Assembly (NCBI GenBank): GCA_016183765.1
Contig: JACPEA010000007.1
Location: 152,076 to 216,075 of the forward strand
DNA from: Bacteroidota bacterium
Lineage (GTDB): Bacteria; Bacteroidota; Bacteroidia; Chitinophagales; Chitinophagaceae
Length of the DNA stretch: 64,000 nt
Direction: 5' to 3'
The translations under genes and the position numbers were made by a program. Numbering within the stretch: the stretch's first letter is position 1; each line of letters begins with the position of its first letter. A model generated the notes under the pieces. The model saw nothing but the letters and a program-made list of their open reading frames with translations, was not told the DNA's origin and did not search any database. Shown piece after piece: positions 10,729 through 19,965 of the stretch.

Positions 10729-11821
10729 ATGACACAGGAACAGATCAAGATTATGAGGGACCGCGTTTTGGTCCTGAGGAGGTTTCTTTGACGTCGAGAA
10801 CCGCACATACAAAGTAGAAACCGACAGACAACTCTCACTTTCGCCGGGTTTCTGGGATGATAATGCCCGGGCCACGGCCATCATGAAAGAGATCAAGGTA
10901 AATGAGTACTGGTTAAAACTATACAAGCAGGTAGATACGGCTGTAGAGGATTTTGCCGTATTGTTTGATTTCTGGAAGGGTGGCGACGCAACCGAAGAAG
11001 AAGCCAGGGAAGCCTACGATCATGCCATACAGCAGATCGAAGATGCCGAGTTCAAGAGTACCCTGAACAAACCCGAAGATGAATTACCCGCAGTACTGCA
11101 GATCAACCCCGGGGCCGGTGGTACGGAAAGCCAGGACTGGGCTGAAATGCTGTTACGGATGTACCGCATGTACGGCGAAAAGCAGGGATGGAAAGTGACC
11201 GAGATCGATTACCAGGAAGGCGATGGGGCCGGTATCAAAAGCGCCACCCTGCAGTTCGATGGTGATTTCGCTTATGGCTTTTTAAAAGCGGAAAGCGGGG
11301 TACACCGCCTGGTACGTATTTCGCCTTTCGATAGTAATGCAAGAAGGCATACCTCATTTGCATCAGTATACGTATATCCGTTGATAGATGACAGCATCGA
11401 GATCAATGTGAACCCCAGTGATCTGGAATGGGCTTTTTACCGGAGTGGTGGCAGTGGCGGACAGAACGTAAACAAAGTAGAGACCGCCGTCAGGTTAAAA
11501 CATATACCCAGTGGTTTCATTGTGGAATGTCAGCAGGCGCGTACGCAGGGTGAGAACCGTGAACTGGCGTTGAAGATGCTGAAAAGCCGGTTGTATGAAG
11601 AGGAACTGCGCAAACGGCAGGAAGCCATGAATGCGACCAATGCCAATAAAAAGAAGATCGAGTGGGGCAGCCAGATACGCAGTTATGTGTTCCATCCTTA
11701 CAAGATGATCAAAGACCACCGTACCGATTATGAAGTAGGTAATGTGGGACCTGTAATGGATGGGGAACTGGATGGATTTATTAAGGCGTATTTGATGATG
11801 GAGAAGGAGGGGGATAGTTAG
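10729..11821 (+). CDS. prfB: Peptide chain release factor 2 with programmed +1 frameshift
   Basis: ORF1 [20 protein letters not shown] ends at CTT-TGA-C (10786-10792), with an internal SD AGGAGG at 10777-10782. The +1 frame continues DVENRTY... into the 10883 ORF, which contains SPF and GGQ. Confidence 0.97.
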
Positions 11822-11934
11822 TAGTTAGTAGTTGTTCGATAAGTCTAAAATTATTGAATATTTCAGACTTGATCCATACATAATAGATAAGTAATAATCA
11901 TAGATAGTGTCAAGTCTATTTGGTAACATCATGA

Positions 11935-12270
11935 TCATTTTTCTGACGGATGGTATGAACTGGTTTCCTTTTCCGTTGGATTGTAAAAGTGGGTCTCTAC
12001 CACTTTTACAACACCGCCGCCACCTTTCGGGTAATGCATTTCCTCGAGCATTAAACCATACTTGCCTTCCGTCCACAGATAAGGGTTGGCCGTTACTCCT
12101 GTGATGCTGAAAGAAGTAACAATAGGATCGAGCTGATGCATAGCTGAAAATAATTTGATGTCAGAGGTCATCTTTCCCACAAGCCAATTGTATAAATTCG
12201 TTGCACCGCTAACATTATTGAAATAATGTAGCACATAATAGCCAATAATTTTACCCTCTTTTACATATAC
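11935..12270 (-). pseudogene. Gene fragment of unknown function
   Basis: The frame is open upstream of the GTG at 12234 (RLPAVYVKEGKIIGYYVLHYF...) back to an in-frame stop, with no proper start. It is AT-rich. Confidence 0.35.
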
Positions 12271-12657
12271 AGCAGGTAGGCGGCTTTGGCCTCAGTTGCA
12301 TTGGTTTGCGCCTGTGTGGTCAGTAAGGAAAAACAGAAAATACAGGATACCAGTATTTTTTTCAACATATTCTTTGGTTTGATGAGTAGGGGCGGGACAG
12401 TTTACTGCCAGCAAAAATCAGATAGTGCGTTTGCTGGTTTTCAGTTCTGTTCTGTTCTGTTCTGCCTGTTGGTCTTACGATCGGGTGAAGGATCGATGCA
12501 GATCCAGGGATCTGAGAGAGGTTCATTGAATTGGCTTCGTGGCATTTCATAGGCAGATTCGAATAGTTGGGATATAATTTCCTTAAATGTATTAATATTT
12601 CGAAATTATGCTAAGTGAGGAAGAACCTCATTTTCTGAAGCGTCTCTTTTGATGATC

Positions 12658-12798
12658 GTTCTCCGCAGAAGTCTCCCCGGAGGGGGACTCTGCGGATTTG
12701 AAGCAGTTTAAAGATCGTTTGAAACAGTGTTTGTTAAAAGTGAGTAAGTAGCCCTCCGTAAGCCGCAGAGTCCTCTTCGAGAGACGTCTGCGGAGAAC
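12658..12798. repeat. REP/REPIN-like doublet: two GC-rich hairpins in inverted orientation
   Basis: Arm 12658-12695 (GTTCTCCGCAGAAGTCTCCCCGGAGGGGGACTCTGCGG) and arm 12763-12798 (CCGCAGAGTCCTCTTCGAGAGACGTCTGCGGAGAAC) are near reverse complements, and each folds on itself. Confidence 0.65.
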
Positions 12799-12812
12799 AG
12801 CCTGCAATATTT

Positions 12813-13661
12813 TCAGCCAATTTTATTAGATTTTTCAATGTTGCACTTCTTGCACAAGATTTGTAAATTTCTATAAGTGGTCGCCCCGCCTTTTGAAAAA
12901 GGTATAATGTGATCAAACTCCAAATTTTCCTGGCTACCACATTTTACGCACCTTCCTGAATCTCTATTCCAAACTTTGTCTTTTACATCTTGTGGTATTG
13001 GCTCTCTATTCCATTCAGAATCCCCGAATTGGTTTGAAATTAGCCCCTCCTCAAGAAGTTCTTTGAATACATCTCTTTGCAATTGTTTTTTACGCTCTTT
13101 TTCTAATAATTCTTGTCTAATTTGATCTTTCTCAGACTTCAATTGTTGATCTTTTAGCTGTTCTTGATATTCTATTCTTCTTTTTTCAATTTCAATTTTG
13201 TTTTCTTCATAAAATGAGTTTACATCTGTATTAAAAAATTTAAAACCATTTTGAATTAGTTTTTCTAACTCAGCTTCTGTTTTGATTCTAACTTCTCTTG
13301 CTGCAGAACCTTGGTTTGGCCCAACTATTCCAATTTGCTCAAGGTTGTCCATGATTCTGCCAGCACGATTATACCCTAATTTCATTCTTCGTTGAATAAG
13401 GGAAGTGCTGCCCATTTGGCTTTGAATTACAAGTCTTGCTGCGTCTTCTAGTAAAGGATCAAATTCGGCAGAAACGTTTTCATTCATTTCTTTTTCGCCT
13501 TTAGCGAAATAATCAATTAAATCATTTTTCTCTTGTTCTGATAAATTGACTTTTTTTTCACTAGGTTCTTTTGGTGATTCTTCTGAAATTAGATTAGTAG
13601 TATTGCTGGAACTTGGTTGTAAAGTTTTTTTTCCTAAAATTCGGTTTAGTAAGTTCATCAT
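12813..13661 (-). CDS. FtsK gamma (winged-helix) domain + coiled coil + HNH endonuclease fusion
   Basis: DPLLEDAARLVIQSQMGSTSLIQRRMKLGYNRAGRIMDNLEQIGIVGP is an FtsK-gamma signature. CVKCGSQENLEFDHIIPFSKGG...NLQILCKKCNIEK is an HNH signature. Confidence 0.85.
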   Translation of the reverse strand: MMNLLNRILGKKTLQPSSSNTTNLISEESPKEPSEKKVNLSEQEKNDLIDYFAKGEKEMNENVSAEFDPLLEDAARLVIQSQMGSTSLIQRRMKLGYNRAGRIMDNLEQIGIVGPNQGSAAREVRIKTEAELEKLIQNGFKFFNTDVNSFYEENKIEIEKRRIEYQEQLKDQQLKSEKDQIRQELLEKERKKQLQRDVFKELLEEGLISNQFGDSEWNREPIPQDVKDKVWNRDSGRCVKCGSQENLEFDHIIPFSKGGATTYRNLQILCKKCNIEKSNKIG

Positions 13662-13678
13662 ACAAGTATTTTAAAATA

Positions 13679-13848
13679 GTAGGCAACCTTCTTGGCTTTG
13701 CGAAGGGCGGGGGAGATTTTCCTTCTGCTGACTTGGCCACTAAAGCTCGATTAATAAAAGCCAATTTACTGAAGCACGGTCAGAAATCCAACAGCCGATA
13801 GCCAAGTACAAATGCCAACTTTTGCCAAGCAGCATGTTAGGCGTAGTT
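13679..13848 (-). other. attC-like recombination site A (170 bp)
   Basis: Read on the minus strand it runs AACTACGCCTAAC ... GTTGCCTAC, with inner arms CTTGGC/GCCAAG. It shares AAAGCCAATTTACTGAAGC and GGTCAGAAATCCAA with site C. Confidence 0.75.
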
Positions 13849-14803
13849 AGTCTGAGACAAACCTTGAAAAAAACTCATTACTCTTCTCTTGACTTTCAAA
13901 AGATGCAAGGTAGTCCAAGGCTATTTGTTCGCTATAATAAGCTGCCAATATATTTGTCATTCTCCTAAAAGCTTCAGGATGTGATTCGCTTTTTGAATTA
14001 CTCACAGTACCCATAATTGCAAAAAATGTACTGAGTACAGGGACAAAATTATTTTTTTCCATTTCGGGAAATAAATTGAATGCAGCTTTTTCAAAAATGG
14101 GATATGCAGAAAGGTCTGCTTTATATTCAATTTCGTGACTTCTGTCTTCTATGAATGCTTCGAATGGATGGTCTGCAAGGTTGGCAAAATTAGCTTCTTC
14201 ATCAAAATCGCCATTAATAAAATGACCAATTTCATGGCAAATAGTGAATAATTCTGAAAGCATTATCGAAACCATGTGAGACAAATATTTTGAATCCAAC
14301 TTTACTAATGCTCCAATAGGGAAATGATATTTTTTGTAGTTATCGAATAGTTCGTTCATGAATTTAATATAGTCATCGCTTGTAAGAGTCTTAATATCTC
14401 CTCTATTACAAAACCTCACAATTTTTGGATTATTCGTCGCATGAGCTAGTTTACCATGTTTATTAAGTAGTATAAATAATCCTTCATAAATTAAAACAGC
14501 ATATTTGCCTGTTGAGCTCTTGGAACAAGTTGCGTTAAAACTTCCATTTCGAACGAAACCAATAGCTAAAGAACTTTCAATTTTTTCTTTTAAGTCTGGT
14601 GAGACTGTATTTAGTATTGCATTTAGGTATTGATTTAGAAGAAATTTCATCTGATACATCCCATCTAATTGGTCAGGAGAAAGATGAACTACATCCTGGC
14701 TGTTAAGTTTTGTGAACTCAGGATCTTTTTCAAAAGGCAAATCATACACTTTCGTACAAATTTGTTGAAGATATTCAAGATATTCTTGAGCTGTGTCAAA
14801 CAT
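13847..14803 (-). CDS. HExxH zinc metallopeptidase, Lit / Peptidase U49-like
   Basis: ICHEIGHF followed by EYKADLSA and HP...R motifs. No signal peptide. Family assignment by motif only. Confidence 0.55.
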   Translation of the reverse strand: MFDTAQEYLEYLQQICTKVYDLPFEKDPEFTKLNSQDVVHLSPDQLDGMYQMKFLLNQYLNAILNTVSPDLKEKIESSLAIGFVRNGSFNATCSKSSTGKYAVLIYEGLFILLNKHGKLAHATNNPKIVRFCNRGDIKTLTSDDYIKFMNELFDNYKKYHFPIGALVKLDSKYLSHMVSIMLSELFTICHEIGHFINGDFDEEANFANLADHPFEAFIEDRSHEIEYKADLSAYPIFEKAAFNLFPEMEKNNFVPVLSTFFAIMGTVSNSKSESHPEAFRRMTNILAAYYSEQIALDYLASFESQEKSNEFFSRFVSD

Positions 14804-14832
14804 GCCTTTTCAATATTTAAAGAGGGTGATAG

Positions 14833-14976
14833 AATTACGCCTAACGGTTTGCAGCTACCCGAAGGGCGGGACTTATACCGCAAAACTTGATTTGAAAAAC
14901 TAATGTTTCATTACCCAAAAAACTTTTTTTAGAACGCGAAACCCCGCCTTTTGGCTAGCTGCTGTTATCGGCTGCC
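14833..14976 (-). other. attC-like recombination site B (144 bp)
   Basis: Imperfect palindrome: GCCTAAC-GGTTTGCAGCTA-CCCGAAGGGCGGG ... CCCGCCTTTTGGC-TAGCTGCT-GTTATCGGC. On the minus strand it ends in the canonical GTTAGGC (GTTRRRY). Confidence 0.8.
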
Positions 14977-15024
14977 TTTCTTCTCATTCTAGAGTCATGC
15001 GTCATATGCTTGTTATCATCTAAG

Positions 15025-16887
15025 TCACAAAGGGAAGAAACCTTGTCGGCCTCTTGTTTTTTCGTTAGTAAAATGTATATAGTTTATCTTTGATTTTAAT
15101 TCTTCTCTTGGTTCTTTATTGTCAAGGATTATTATTTGTCTATCATCTAAAGTATCCGCTAAGTCTTTAAAGAAAGCATCCTGCATATCTCTTGAAATTT
15201 CTTCTAGTTCGCCTTGCTCCTTTCCATGATAAGTTGTCAATGGAGAATCAATTATTATATTTCTTGGGTGTGCTAAATTATTACTTACACAATAGTCCAT
15301 AAGCCCAATTACAAAGGCAGAATAGGTAATGGCTCGAATTCCTTTTCCATGTGCATTTCTGTTTTTCTGATTTATAACGAAGTCAAATATGCTATAATCT
15401 GTATTGAAATTTACAGTAGCTACATTTGGATATTTCCAATTAGTGAGAATTACTTTTATTGTATCACATAAACCTTGAAGAATTGTATATTTTATGCCAT
15501 CAGATTGCTCTCCAACTTTAGGTTTCCTTGCAAGTTCGATTTCAAGTTGATTTCTTTGGCCATAATAGTTTGCAAGTTGTGTTTTGTAAAGTTCTTGCTC
15601 TTTTATTAGGGAAAGCTCAATTAACAACGCATCAATCTCCTCCTTTGTAGAAGATTTTATTGGTTCTATATTATTTTGAATTTCACTTTGAACAATTTGG
15701 TATTGTCGTTTGAGAGAAATTAATTCGTTATCCCTTTTGGATTTGTCGGAATTTAACTGAGCTAATGTGCTTTCTAAGTCAGAGAGTTTGATTTTAATTT
15801 TATCAATCTCCTTTTGAATTGAATCAATTACGCTTGAACTTTTTTTATCTTCTTCAATTATGCAATCGTAGTGGCCTTTGTCCATGTCACCACCACACAA
15901 AGGACACTTAATTGTTGTCAATTGAGAAAAGTAATCTTCTCCTTCTGTAATAAATGCTAATCGCTTTATATCACTATTGTAATGCTCTTGAAGTAAAACA
16001 AATCTGCTTCTTAATTCTTCGTGAAGAATATTTTTGGAATCCAGTTCACTAATTGAATTATAGAGTTGTTTCTTTTCTTTGGTTAAGGTTTCAAGTTGTA
16101 CGCTGGACTCTTGCAAGACAAGCGATAGCTTTTCTATTTTGGCTTGGAGTTGTTTTTGCTTTTCATTGGTTTTTTCCTTTTCTAGTATCAAAATCTTTTC
16201 AGAAAGGTCTTTAATTAAAGAATCTACAAATTCAAGTTTGCCCTTTATTCTACTGTGATAAATTTTAGCTTCCTCAACTTGTTCAAGTTCCTTTGCATCT
16301 TTTCCAGTAAGTAAAATTTCAAGAATGGATTGCTCTTGTATTTGCTGATTGAATTGTCCTGATGAATAAACGGGGGATTTTTCGGTAATGATTCTTTCCT
16401 CGTCAATCAAAGTTAATCTTGCTATATCTCTATAACTTATTTCTCTTTTTGCATTGTTCTTATTAATTCTAACATACTTTTCATCATAGCCAGAAAGTTG
16501 AAGAAGAAAACTGGATATGTTATCTTTTGAACCGTTAACATGTTGCGACTTTAATTCTCTTGCTGTGCCTTGTGTTTGGAACATGTCAATCTCTACTTCT
16601 TTTAATTTAAAAGTTCCGCCTTGCATATTTCTTGAAAGCGTGAATGTTTGTCCAGTGTAGGTTTTAATTTCAAGCAAAATATTTGAATAACCAATTGCTT
16701 CAGGTATTGCTTTGGGTGGATTGCTGCCACCAAGCATATAATTTATGCAAGCGAATACATAGGATTTACCAGTATCGGATAGACCTGAGATAACATTAAA
16801 ACCTTTTTCAAAAGTCAACTTTGCTGGCTTACTCGTTAGACCAGTTACGTGCAAGTTGCTAATGTAGAATCCGAAATTATTGTTCAT
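15025..16887 (-). CDS. lmuB: Lamassu LmuB, SMC/Rad50-like ABC ATPase
   Basis: Walker A GLSDTGKS, coiled coils with a CPLC zinc-hook motif, AHGKG signature and Walker B IIIDSP. 620 aa, the short form. Confidence 0.85.
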   Translation of the reverse strand: MNNNFGFYISNLHVTGLTSKPAKLTFEKGFNVISGLSDTGKSYVFACINYMLGGSNPPKAIPEAIGYSNILLEIKTYTGQTFTLSRNMQGGTFKLKEVEIDMFQTQGTARELKSQHVNGSKDNISSFLLQLSGYDEKYVRINKNNAKREISYRDIARLTLIDEERIITEKSPVYSSGQFNQQIQEQSILEILLTGKDAKELEQVEEAKIYHSRIKGKLEFVDSLIKDLSEKILILEKEKTNEKQKQLQAKIEKLSLVLQESSVQLETLTKEKKQLYNSISELDSKNILHEELRSRFVLLQEHYNSDIKRLAFITEGEDYFSQLTTIKCPLCGGDMDKGHYDCIIEEDKKSSSVIDSIQKEIDKIKIKLSDLESTLAQLNSDKSKRDNELISLKRQYQIVQSEIQNNIEPIKSSTKEEIDALLIELSLIKEQELYKTQLANYYGQRNQLEIELARKPKVGEQSDGIKYTILQGLCDTIKVILTNWKYPNVATVNFNTDYSIFDFVINQKNRNAHGKGIRAITYSAFVIGLMDYCVSNNLAHPRNIIIDSPLTTYHGKEQGELEEISRDMQDAFFKDLADTLDDRQIIILDNKEPREELKSKINYIHFTNEKTRGRQGFFPL

Positions 16888-17386
16888 TTTCTATTCCTCT
16901 TAAAAGTGATTCATTTGAAAATTCACCTCCCCAAACATCCAAATTGTTCTTAATAAAGAGAGAGAGTGTTTCATCGGAGTATGGTTTGAACTTATTGACA
17001 AGCCAAGAAGAAATTTCTTTCAAACTCATGGCGTATTCGGATTTATTGTATTCAAGAAACGGCTTTGTAAGTTCAGTTGCCTTGTATGTGATGCCTGTTG
17101 AATCAAAAACAGAATCTACTAATTGCTTACTGTGCATTAATGTCAGTCCTTTTTTTACCAATTCTCTTTTTACTAAAATTTCGGTTGTTCTGTGTGGTAT
17201 ACTTGGGTGAATACTTTTCGGTCCGCCTGGAACATCACTTGAATGAACTAGTATGTAGTCGTAATACACAAGTCGTTGTAAATCACAACCGTCAGGTTGT
17301 AATTCATTCAATAGATATAAAACTCTTAACCCGATTTCAAGGGGTGAATTGAAAACGCTTGTATTTCTTTCTTCAAATAGATTCAT
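16877..17386 (-). CDS. lmuC: Lamassu LmuC / ABC three-component system middle component
   Basis: FNSPLEIGLR...DLQRLVYYDYILVHS resembles ABC-3C middle components. It overlaps both neighbouring genes. Confidence 0.8.
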   Translation of the reverse strand: MNLFEERNTSVFNSPLEIGLRVLYLLNELQPDGCDLQRLVYYDYILVHSSDVPGGPKSIHPSIPHRTTEILVKRELVKKGLTLMHSKQLVDSVFDSTGITYKATELTKPFLEYNKSEYAMSLKEISSWLVNKFKPYSDETLSLFIKNNLDVWGGEFSNESLLRGIENEQ

Positions 17387-18471
17387 GACTTAACCCAAGT
17401 TAGTTTGTTTTCATTAGCAAGGTGATGGCAAATTCCGATTTTGTCTTGTGTCTTAGAAACTGAAAGCAATGCATTACTTTGAATGTTTAATGCAACTGCA
17501 GTTGCAGTTGTTTTTTTTACATTTTCATATCCACTAGAATGTGTTTGATTTGAAATGTCAACTACTCCATGAAATATTTCTTCTTTCAATTCAGCGAAGC
17601 AATTATTCCCAGTAGGCAAGCTGTCTCTGCTGAACTCATTCAATGCTTCAGCCCAATAAAAGCACTCTCGTTGCCGGTTGAAGTGGTCAAATAATTCCGT
17701 ATGTGAATTTAATTCTGTTATAGTGTGTACATCTATTTTGAGATGGTCGGAATATGCTTCAAATAATTGTTCAACGTATCTAATTGACATTTCAGCTTCA
17801 TGGATAGGATTAATTCTTGGCATCATTCTCCTTTTCAAACCTCCACCAAATCTTGCTGCATAATAACTGGTTTGTTTATGTTGCTCAATTAGTTCTTGAG
17901 GGTCTAAAAATGTGAAAATTGAAAAGTCAATCATTTCAATGTGTGCTTTTAGTTCAGACGACAGCGGAATGTCAACTTTCGTAGTTATACCTCCTTTGCA
18001 GTGTTTGTCCCATTCGATATATAATTGTTTTTTTAGTTCTTCTGGCTTTGTAAGATAATCACCAACTGTTGGGCCGACTCCCTTTGGTGCCACGAAATAG
18101 TATTTATTGGGTAACGAATAATCTTTTTTAAATGTGTAGTAACAAAGTTTTCCCAATTCTAACCAAATATCCCCTGGCATTAAGGCATTGCTATAGTGTT
18201 TACATTGGTAATTGTCCCATTTTCCACTTTCATCAATAATTGCCACAACGTCTCTTCCTTTATCCTTAGCTCCACCTGTTCTCCAAACCTTTATGTATTT
18301 TTTCTCAAAGTAGCCGGCAACCCATTCTCTAACTATGTCTTCAAACTCATCCTCAGATACAATCTTAAGCTTGTCAATTGCAGGAATGGGGGTTCCAATC
18401 AAAATATCCTGATTTGTCAGGAGTCCAATAGACTTGGGTCTTTCTGGTAATATTAGTTCTGCGTCAGCCAA
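17383..18471 (-). CDS. lmuA: Lamassu LmuA effector: Mrr/Cap4-like PD-(D/E)xK nuclease + ABC-3C C-terminal domain
   Basis: FEDIVREW...GGAKDKGRDVVA...YQCKHY nuclease motifs; C-terminal DKIGICHHLANE. TTG start. Confidence 0.8.
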   Translation of the reverse strand: MADAELILPERPKSIGLLTNQDILIGTPIPAIDKLKIVSEDEFEDIVREWVAGYFEKKYIKVWRTGGAKDKGRDVVAIIDESGKWDNYQCKHYSNALMPGDIWLELGKLCYYTFKKDYSLPNKYYFVAPKGVGPTVGDYLTKPEELKKQLYIEWDKHCKGGITTKVDIPLSSELKAHIEMIDFSIFTFLDPQELIEQHKQTSYYAARFGGGLKRRMMPRINPIHEAEMSIRYVEQLFEAYSDHLKIDVHTITELNSHTELFDHFNRQRECFYWAEALNEFSRDSLPTGNNCFAELKEEIFHGVVDISNQTHSSGYENVKKTTATAVALNIQSNALLSVSKTQDKIGICHHLANENKLTWVKS

Positions 18472-18516
18472 ATTTTATTTTTTTAATGTTGCTGTTTTTT
18501 CAATTTAGTTCTTTAA

Positions 18517-18691
18517 GGTTGCCGATAACATTCTAGAACAGGCGAAGGTTGTGGGGAGATATTCCTTCATCTGGCTTAGCCACTAATGCCTCGATTAGCT
18601 AAAGCCAATTTACTGAAGCTTGGTCAGAAATCCAAAGGCTGATGGGTTAACTACAAAACTACATCTTGCCAAGATGCGGTTTGACTGTAGT
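18517..18691 (-). other. attC-like recombination site C (about 175 bp)
   Basis: On the minus strand it ends in GTTATCGGCAACC. Its core is highly similar to site A (19 bp and 14 bp identical blocks at 18601-18619 and 18622-18635). Confidence 0.75.
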
Positions 18692-18702
18692 GTATTTCAG
18701 CA

Positions 18703-19965
18703 CTAGCTAATCACTTTTTCAATATCCTCTTTCCAGGTTTTGAATCCATTTTGTAAGTCTGCGTAATTATGGATAACTCTTTTGAAAGTATCTTCTCTTC
18801 TATTTATATATTCATTTTTTCCGTCTCTGATTATTTCATTGATGATTTTGTCTGTATTTGTCATTACTTTTTTTAAATCTTCTACATTAGCACTCACTGT
18901 CCAAATATAGGTTGCTTCTTCAGTGTCAAGTGTCTCCCAGACAATATGAAACTTTTCAATGCTACTTAAAAGAAATACAAATGAAAATGGTTTGTGAACA
19001 AAGCGTAGCTTTTGTATATGAGCTTGATGTTTACTTGAGAGATATCTTAGGTGTTTGTAATGTTTAGTTGTAGATTTTTCAAGAAGATTTTCAAAAAAGT
19101 CATTTTCAGTCTTAAATATTTTATTTCCATTTAAATTTTCAGTTGCCATGGTTTCAAGGTACTCATCCATGGTAAATAACTGTTTATCACCTAATAAATC
19201 CTTTTTTCTTATCGACTTCACAAAAGCAAATTTAACTTCTTCAATAAGAGTCTTGTCTATTTTCTCTATTTCTTCGGACTTGGCATTTTGTGAAATAATT
19301 CTGCCATCTAATGTTATAATAGATATAGCTACTTGAATTTTCTTTGTTTTTAATACACTTGAAAAATAATTTTTGATTGCGTCATATTCTTCTATGATGT
19401 TATCATTTATTATTTCAAATTCAATTTGTTTTTTAAAATGTTGTATCTTCTTTTCAAAAGCCACTTTTCCAGAAAGAAAGCTTACATGTTTGATTGGAAT
19501 TGAAAATGATTCATAGTAAGTTTCTTTCTTTGGTTCTCTTTGAATTTTTAGTTGAAGTTCTGTTGAGGTGTCTTTACTATCTTCTATTGATTTTTGTTGC
19601 AAAATCTTTATAGGATTGTTGCTATTTGAATTCGGTAATGGCTTGCTTGTGTTTATACTAAAAGACTGCAAAAGCCCTCTTGTTTCGATGCTTTTAAATT
19701 TTACTTTCTCTATTGTAATTAATGTTTCGGCTAGTTTGATTTGACTATTTGAAAATTTTGTTTCGCCTACGTCATATGATAAAACTTCTACGATTATTGT
19801 ACACTCATTTTCTATATAGTCAAGTACTCTTACTGTCCAGAATGCAGGTGCTTTTAATTTTATTGGAAAATCAGAAATTTGAACTTGCTCAAAATCTAAT
19901 GCAATCTCTTCTGTAAGAAAAGCTAAGTCGTCTTTAAACAAAATATTTAGCTCTTGTCCTTTCAT
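18703..19965 (-). CDS. Hypothetical cytoplasmic protein (420 aa), first cassette of the array
   Basis: Intact AT-rich ORF. The C-terminus KLRFVHKPFSFVFLL...WETLDTEEATYIW resembles a domain I recall from Bacteroidota DEAD/DEAH helicases, but no helicase motifs are present here. Confidence 0.7.
   Translation of the reverse strand: MKGQELNILFKDDLAFLTEEIALDFEQVQISDFPIKLKAPAFWTVRVLDYIENECTIIVEVLSYDVGETKFSNSQIKLAETLITIEKVKFKSIETRGLLQSFSINTSKPLPNSNSNNPIKILQQKSIEDSKDTSTELQLKIQREPKKETYYESFSIPIKHVSFLSGKVAFEKKIQHFKKQIEFEIINDNIIEEYDAIKNYFSSVLKTKKIQVAISIITLDGRIISQNAKSEEIEKIDKTLIEEVKFAFVKSIRKKDLLGDKQLFTMDEYLETMATENLNGNKIFKTENDFFENLLEKSTTKHYKHLRYLSSKHQAHIQKLRFVHKPFSFVFLLSSIEKFHIVWETLDTEEATYIWTVSANVEDLKKVMTNTDKIINEIIRDGKNEYINRREDTFKRVIHNYADLQNGFKTWKEDIEKVIS

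Noticed and set aside
11825-12650. A third copy of the att core marking the far end of the cassette island
   Set aside because: No match to GTGAACCGGATTGGATT was found by eye. The small ORFs here look like fragments or noise.
13679-18691. attC-like sites interpreted as CRISPR repeats, IS ends or plain terminators
   Set aside because: They are too long and too far apart for CRISPR. There is no transposase or target duplication. They lack U-tracts, and the reciprocal box complementarity is not explained by terminators.
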